From positions 1,740,001 to 1,772,000 of the forward strand of contig NZ_CP045650.1 in the NCBI RefSeq assembly GCF_009557235.1: a stretch of DNA of 32,000 nt, written 5' to 3'. Source of the DNA: Acinetobacter wanghuae. Its GTDB lineage: Bacteria > Pseudomonadota > Gammaproteobacteria > Pseudomonadales > Moraxellaceae. The translations under genes were made by a program, and so were the position numbers. Under the pieces are notes generated by a model. That model saw only the letters and a list, made by a program, of their open reading frames with translations. It was not told where the DNA came from and searched no databases. Position 1 is the first letter of the stretch. Each line of letters opens with the position of its first letter. This document shows positions 28,121 to 32,000 of this stretch, one piece after another.

Positions 28121-28180
28121 AAATAGTGGATTAGAATCAATCACTTAGACAAGTAAGTAACAGATCCAATATTAGATTTT
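28091..28180 (-). ncRNA. Candidate ~85-90 nt sRNA or 5' leader transcript
   Basis: Extended -10 promoter TGTTATAAT on the minus strand (plus coordinates 28185-28193), about 60 nt upstream of the terminator at 28120-28091. Internal stem-loop ACTTA-cttgtc-TAAGT. No ORF. Confidence 0.3.
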
Positions 28181-28301
28181 ACAAATTATAACACATTGAT
28201 TTTTGAATGCTTCCAAAAATTTAACTTTAATTGGTCATGACAATGAATACGCTAAAACGCGCAAAAGTAAGACATAGCTTGTTTAAATATATAGGAATAA
28301 T

Positions 28302-28472
28302 TTAACGAACCCAGTGCGTGTTTGCCTCAATACGATGCAAAGATGAATTGGCATCACTGACAACACGTTCAATTTCTTGTTGGCGTTCTGATTCGCTCTG
28401 CTTATAGACAAAAAATCCGAGTAGTACAATCGCTATCACAAGTGCAGGAACAACAAATAACTTCATGTCCAT
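28302..28472 (-). CDS. Possible small single-pass membrane protein (56 aa); below the length cut-off of the ORF track
   Basis: My own translation is MDMKLFVVPALVIAIVLLGFFVYKQSESERQQEIERVVSDANSSLHRIEANTHWVR*. It has a clean TM helix followed by a charged tail. The Shine-Dalgarno sequence is weak. Confidence 0.35.
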   Translation of the reverse strand: MDMKLFVVPALVIAIVLLGFFVYKQSESERQQEIERVVSDANSSLHRIEANTHWVR

Positions 28473-28904
28473 AGGCATTACTTCAATATTATTTATTTTA
28501 TGCTAACAAAAAAACACCTATTAGTGTGACTTGGTATACATTTACACTTATTTTTTGTAAACCCTATGCTGTAAATATCTATTTTTTCAATATACAAGAT
28601 TTCGTGAATTACTCTTATCATTTTACTGAATACAAAAAATTAATAAGGGCATGTAAAAATACGCCCCTATGAATATCAATGCGTTACTTTGACTATTCAT
28701 CAAAATCGAACCTTAAACTTCATTTTTTTATTTTATTTGAAAAGAGATCAAGCCCACATCATCCTACAGCGTTAATGCATTTTTCTTCTAATTCCTTTTA
28801 CAAAATTGACATAAATCATTTCAAATTAAGCTGAAGAATCGTGAAAATTTCACATCAAATCAGATCCCTTTTATTAACAAAGAGATAATTTCTCCTCATA
28901 TTTA

Positions 28905-28943
28905 AACGCAATAAACCAGCATTCATGAACACATAAATGCTGG
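28905..28943 (-). terminator. Probable terminator of yaaA
   Basis: ccagcatt/aatgctgg 8-bp stem with a 12-nt loop. Minus strand is followed by TTTATTGCGTTT. Confidence 0.55.
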
Positions 28944-28955
28944 CTTGCGAATGGC

Positions 28956-29744
28956 TTACGCGATGCTTTTCTCATCACGCTTAAATACAAGCTCACCTGT
29001 TAATGAACTTTGTGCATCAAAATAATATCCATCAGTATTAAAAGCTTTTAAATCATCTATGCTGAAGATTTCATTTTCAATGATAAAGCGCGCCATAAGT
29101 CCACGTGCTTTTTTGGCATAAAAACTAATAATTTTATATTTGCCATTTTTTTGATCAAGGAACACAGGCTTAATGATTTGGGCTTGCAGTTTCGATTCTT
29201 TAACGGCTTTATAGTATTCATCCGATGCAATATTCACCAAAAGCTCACTTTCTGCTGCGGCTAAATCTTGGTTAATTAAATCCGTAATGGTATTGCCCCA
29301 AAAATCATATAAATTATGACCGCGTGAATTTGCCAATTTGGTGCCCATTTCTAAACGATACGGCATCATTAAATCGAGTGGGCGTAATACACCATATAAA
29401 CCCGATAACATACGTAAATGCTTTTGTGCATACGGAATGTGTTGGTCATTCAACGTATATGCATCGAGTCCTGTATATACGTCACCTTTAAATGCAAAAA
29501 TCGCTTGACGTGCATTCGCCAAATCAAATTCAGACTGCCAATCTCTAAAACGTGCCACATTCAGGTTGGCAATTTTTTCACTGACACTCATTAAACTTGC
29601 AATTTCAGTGGCTGATAATTTTTGTGCAACCTGAATCAGTTGCTCCGAATGATCGAGTAATCTCGCCTGTGTAAATTGATCTGTGGGCAAAGTTGTTTCG
29701 TAATCCAACGTTTTTGCAGGAGAAATTAAAGCGAGCATAGTCAA
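28956..29744 (-). CDS. yaaA: Peroxide stress protein YaaA (UPF0246/DUF328)
   Basis: The N-terminus [12 protein letters not shown] is the family hallmark. About 260 aa. The start may be the third codon (29738). Confidence 0.85.
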   Translation of the reverse strand: MTMLALISPAKTLDYETTLPTDQFTQARLLDHSEQLIQVAQKLSATEIASLMSVSEKIANLNVARFRDWQSEFDLANARQAIFAFKGDVYTGLDAYTLNDQHIPYAQKHLRMLSGLYGVLRPLDLMMPYRLEMGTKLANSRGHNLYDFWGNTITDLINQDLAAAESELLVNIASDEYYKAVKESKLQAQIIKPVFLDQKNGKYKIISFYAKKARGLMARFIIENEIFSIDDLKAFNTDGYYFDAQSSLTGELVFKRDEKSIA

Positions 29745-29863
29745 CCTGAGTAAAATTTATGTAAAAGAACTATAGCAGTTGAGGTTTTTCTTTGCCAATT
29801 TGTGTTTTTAATAAACATTATCTGTAAAATATCGACCCTCTCCCCTTTATTCTCTCTTTAGCT

Positions 29864-30493
29864 ATGTCTGAGCCCATATTTATCCAAGGACTTGTTGGTC
29901 AAATTGAAGTTTTTGTTGATTATCCTCAAGGTGATGTAAAAGGATTTGCTGTTGTTTGTCACCCTCATCCTTTGCAAGGGGGCACACCGCACCATAAAGT
30001 TCCCGCTTTATTGGCACAAATGTTCTTAGAACGTGGTTATATGGTCTACCGCCCAAGCTTCCGTGGTTCAGGTCAAAGTGAGGGCGTGCATGATGAAGGC
30101 TTTGGCGAAACAGAAGATGTCCTTGATGTGATTAAATTTGCGCGCCAATCCCATCCGCATTTACCTTTCTATGCTGGTGGATTTAGCTTTGGTGCACATG
30201 TCATGGCAAAAGCTTTTGATAGTTTAGCTGTCGAAATTCGACCAAAACAAATGATTTTATGTGGTCTGCCAACAGCAACAGTTGCGGGTTTACGACACTA
30301 TCAAACCCCAGCCCTTCAAGGCGATATCATGTTCTTACATGGTGAGGCAGATGAAATTACATTGTTGTCTGATTTGATTACATGGGCGAAACCGCAGCGT
30401 CATATCTTAACCATTCTGCCGGGTGCAAATCATTTCTTTACCGGTTACTTAAAACAAATGCGCTTAGCGATTAGCCGATTCTTAGTCAGTTAA
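29864..30493 (+). CDS. Alpha/beta-fold hydrolase (small serine hydrolase)
   Basis: Nucleophile elbow GGFSFG, with downstream Asp (GEADE) and His (GANHFF) candidates for a Ser-Asp-His triad. Confidence 0.65.
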   Translation: MSEPIFIQGLVGQIEVFVDYPQGDVKGFAVVCHPHPLQGGTPHHKVPALLAQMFLERGYMVYRPSFRGSGQSEGVHDEGFGETEDVLDVIKFARQSHPHLPFYAGGFSFGAHVMAKAFDSLAVEIRPKQMILCGLPTATVAGLRHYQTPALQGDIMFLHGEADEITLLSDLITWAKPQRHILTILPGANHFFTGYLKQMRLAISRFLVS

Positions 30494-30511
30494 TCCTATA
30501 TATGAACCTAT

Positions 30512-30543
30512 AAAAAAGCTCATCTATGGATGAGCTTTTTTTA
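30512..30543. terminator. Bidirectional terminator between convergent genes
   Basis: aagctcatc/gatgagctt 9-bp stem with a 4-nt loop, flanked by A6/T7. Confidence 0.8.
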
Positions 30544-30546
30544 AAC

Positions 30547-30915
30547 TCATACCGTTTTCCACTCAAAATCGCTAAATAACTCATCTTCTTTTAGTGTATT
30601 TTCAACCGCTTGAGCCAACTGATTTAAAAGACTTTGCTCTGTAATACGATCTAACCAATCTTGTTCTTCTTCAGGATACGATGAAATCTCGCAAATTAAA
30701 TGCCCCTGTTCATCACGTGTTTCACAACGAATAGAGAGTGGCAAGGTATACTCTTCTACACTAATCGCGATATGTGCGCCACTTTGTGGAAGGGTCTTAA
30801 AACCATATTTGGCTAAATCATGTGCCAATAAATTTGTAACATAATCTTGGGTTTGCTTCTCGGCTTGAATATTGTTTTGATTATCATTATTCACCATGAA
30901 TTTTAATTTTCTCAT
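30547..30915 (-). CDS. Hypothetical acidic cytoplasmic protein
   Basis: ORF with GGAGGG 7 nt upstream of ATG 30915. The ORF track's GTG start at 30930 overlaps that RBS. I recognise no motif. Confidence 0.5.
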   Translation of the reverse strand: MRKLKFMVNNDNQNNIQAEKQTQDYVTNLLAHDLAKYGFKTLPQSGAHIAISVEEYTLPLSIRCETRDEQGHLICEISSYPEEEQDWLDRITEQSLLNQLAQAVENTLKEDELFSDFEWKTV

Positions 30916-30961
30916 TCTCGATCCCTCCACTTTTTATATTAACCGCGCGTATAAAGTACTA

Positions 30962-31005
30962 TAAACAAAACAGCCAAGCAAAAGCTTGGCTGTTTGTTGT
31001 CTTTT
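30962..31005 (-). terminator. Rho-independent terminator of aroA
   Basis: acagccaagc/gcttggctgt 10-bp stem with an AAAA loop. Minus strand is followed by TTTGTTTAT. Confidence 0.75.
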
Positions 31006-31010
31006 TACAA

Positions 31011-32000
31011 TTATTCAGTCACTTGAATATCAAGGCCAGCACGTGCGGTCAGCTCTGTAAAGGTTGGGAAACTGGTTGCCACTGTTTCAGTACCAACAAT
31101 GCGAATTTCTTCAGAATTACGTAAACCTGCAATTGAGAAACTCATAGCAATACGGTGGTCGTGATGCGATTCAATTTCACCACCAGTAAAGATTGGACCC
31201 CACTCACCTGCTTTGCCTTTACCTTCAATAATGATGCCATCATCGGTTGGCGTGCAGTCGATGCCCATGGTTTTTAGACCATCGGCCATTACTTGAATAC
31301 GGTCAGATTCTTTCACTCGAAGTTCTGCCGCACCAGTTAAAATCGTTTGACCTTCTGCACATGCAGCTGCAATAAATAAAGCTGGGAATTCATCAATCGC
31401 AAGCGGCACTTGATCTTCAGGCATATGAATACCTTTGAGCGTACGTGAACCTTTAATGCGAATATCAGCAATCGGTTCGCCACCTGCAATACGTTCATTT
31501 TTAACAGTCAAGTCAGCGCCCATCTGTTTTAAAATCTCAATCACACCTGTGCGCGTTGGATTGATGCCCACCGCTTCTAAGGTAACATCTGCATTTTCAG
31601 TGATTGCTGCTGCAACCATAAAGAATGCTGCAGAAGAAATATCAGAAGGCACTTGAATATTAGTACCGACTAACTTACCACCGCCGTGCAATGAGATTCG
31701 ATTACCTTCTGTTTTCACCTCATAACCAAATGCACGCAGCATGCGTTCAGAGTGATCACGTGTAGGCTCAGGCTCAGTCACCACGGTTTCACCTTCAGCC
31801 CACAGACCTGCCAGTAAAATCCCTGATTTCACTTGGGCAGATGCCATCGGTAGATCGTAATGAATTCCTTTAAGTTGGGCATTCCCAGTAATGGAGACTG
31901 GAGGTGTACCACGTTCGCCCGTAGTTTGGATTTGCGCACCCATGTCACGCAGTGGTTTGGCAATACGCTCCATTGGACGTTTAGACAGTGACGCATCACC
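31011..32000 (-). CDS. aroA: 3-phosphoshikimate 1-carboxyvinyltransferase (EPSP synthase), C-terminal part; the ORF continues past the window edge
   Basis: GDASLSKRPMERIAKPLRDMGA, RVKESDRI and HDHRIAMSF blocks. The frame is open through nt 32000. The upstream part, possibly a TyrA fusion as in some Moraxellaceae, is not visible. Confidence 0.9.
   Translation of the reverse strand, partial: GDASLSKRPMERIAKPLRDMGAQIQTTGERGTPPVSITGNAQLKGIHYDLPMASAQVKSGILLAGLWAEGETVVTEPEPTRDHSERMLRAFGYEVKTEGNRISLHGGGKLVGTNIQVPSDISSAAFFMVAAAITENADVTLEAVGINPTRTGVIEILKQMGADLTVKNERIAGGEPIADIRIKGSRTLKGIHMPEDQVPLAIDEFPALFIAAACAEGQTILTGAAELRVKESDRIQVMADGLKTMGIDCTPTDDGIIIEGKGKAGEWGPIFTGGEIESHHDHRIAMSFSIAGLRNSEEIRIVGTETVATSFPTFTELTARAGLDIQVTE

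Noticed and set aside
27907-28180. Possible purine (adenine/guanine) riboswitch in front of the NCS2 permease.
   Set aside because: I could not find the conserved purine-aptamer junction and loop sequences on the coding strand by eye. An Infernal scan against Rfam would be decisive. The promoter-terminator unit is reported instead as an unclassified candidate.
28838-28853. Palindrome cGTGAAAATTTCACa, which resembles a CRP/Vfr half-site pair (TGTGA...TCACA).
   Set aside because: The half-sites are separated by 5 nt rather than the 6 nt of the CRP consensus. The site lies in the 3' region of yaaA with no adjacent promoter that I can identify. It could easily be chance in AT-rich DNA.

Overview
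The window looks like gammaproteobacterial chromosome of the Acinetobacter/Moraxellaceae type. That assignment is inferred from AT-rich composition, gene content and the conserved order alaS-lysC-csrA and hisZ-purA; it is not verified. Most of the window is core housekeeping sequence. It carries a periplasmic 5-hydroxyisourate hydrolase, an M61 peptidase, a PBP5/6-type DD-carboxypeptidase, NDH-2, slyD, purA, hisZ, and an Lrp-family regulator divergent from azlCD. It also carries an Epd/GAPDH-family dehydrogenase, alaS, lysC, csrA, rnhB, an adenosine/adenine deaminase with an NCS2 purine permease, yaaA, an alpha/beta hydrolase, and the 3' part of aroA. I found no rRNA, tRNA or CRISPR array, and no recognisable defence, toxin-antitoxin or prophage module.

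The parts that are not ordinary are listed here.
1. A single-gene island of very low GC (about 780-2235). It encodes a membrane-anchored homologue of the Serratia/NucA DNA/RNA non-specific nuclease family. The homologue lacks the catalytic DRGH motif and has a Cys-rich C-terminal module.
2. One complete IS982-family insertion sequence with a 7-bp target duplication that overlaps the stop codon of the Epd/GAPDH-like gene.
3. A lipoprotein gene split by a +1 frameshift in an A8 run.
4. Two tandem LoiP-like M48 lipoprotein proteases flanking a small membrane ORF.
5. Two tandem paralogous small secreted four-Cys proteins.
6. An AT-rich stretch of about 1.05 kb with no called gene (27907-28955). 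It holds an extended -10 promoter followed about 60 nt later by a strong intrinsic terminator (candidate sRNA or leader), a 56-codon single-TM ORF, and a three-half-site palindrome array in front of the purine permease.

All family assignments come from motifs read by eye in the supplied translations. No database search was possible.
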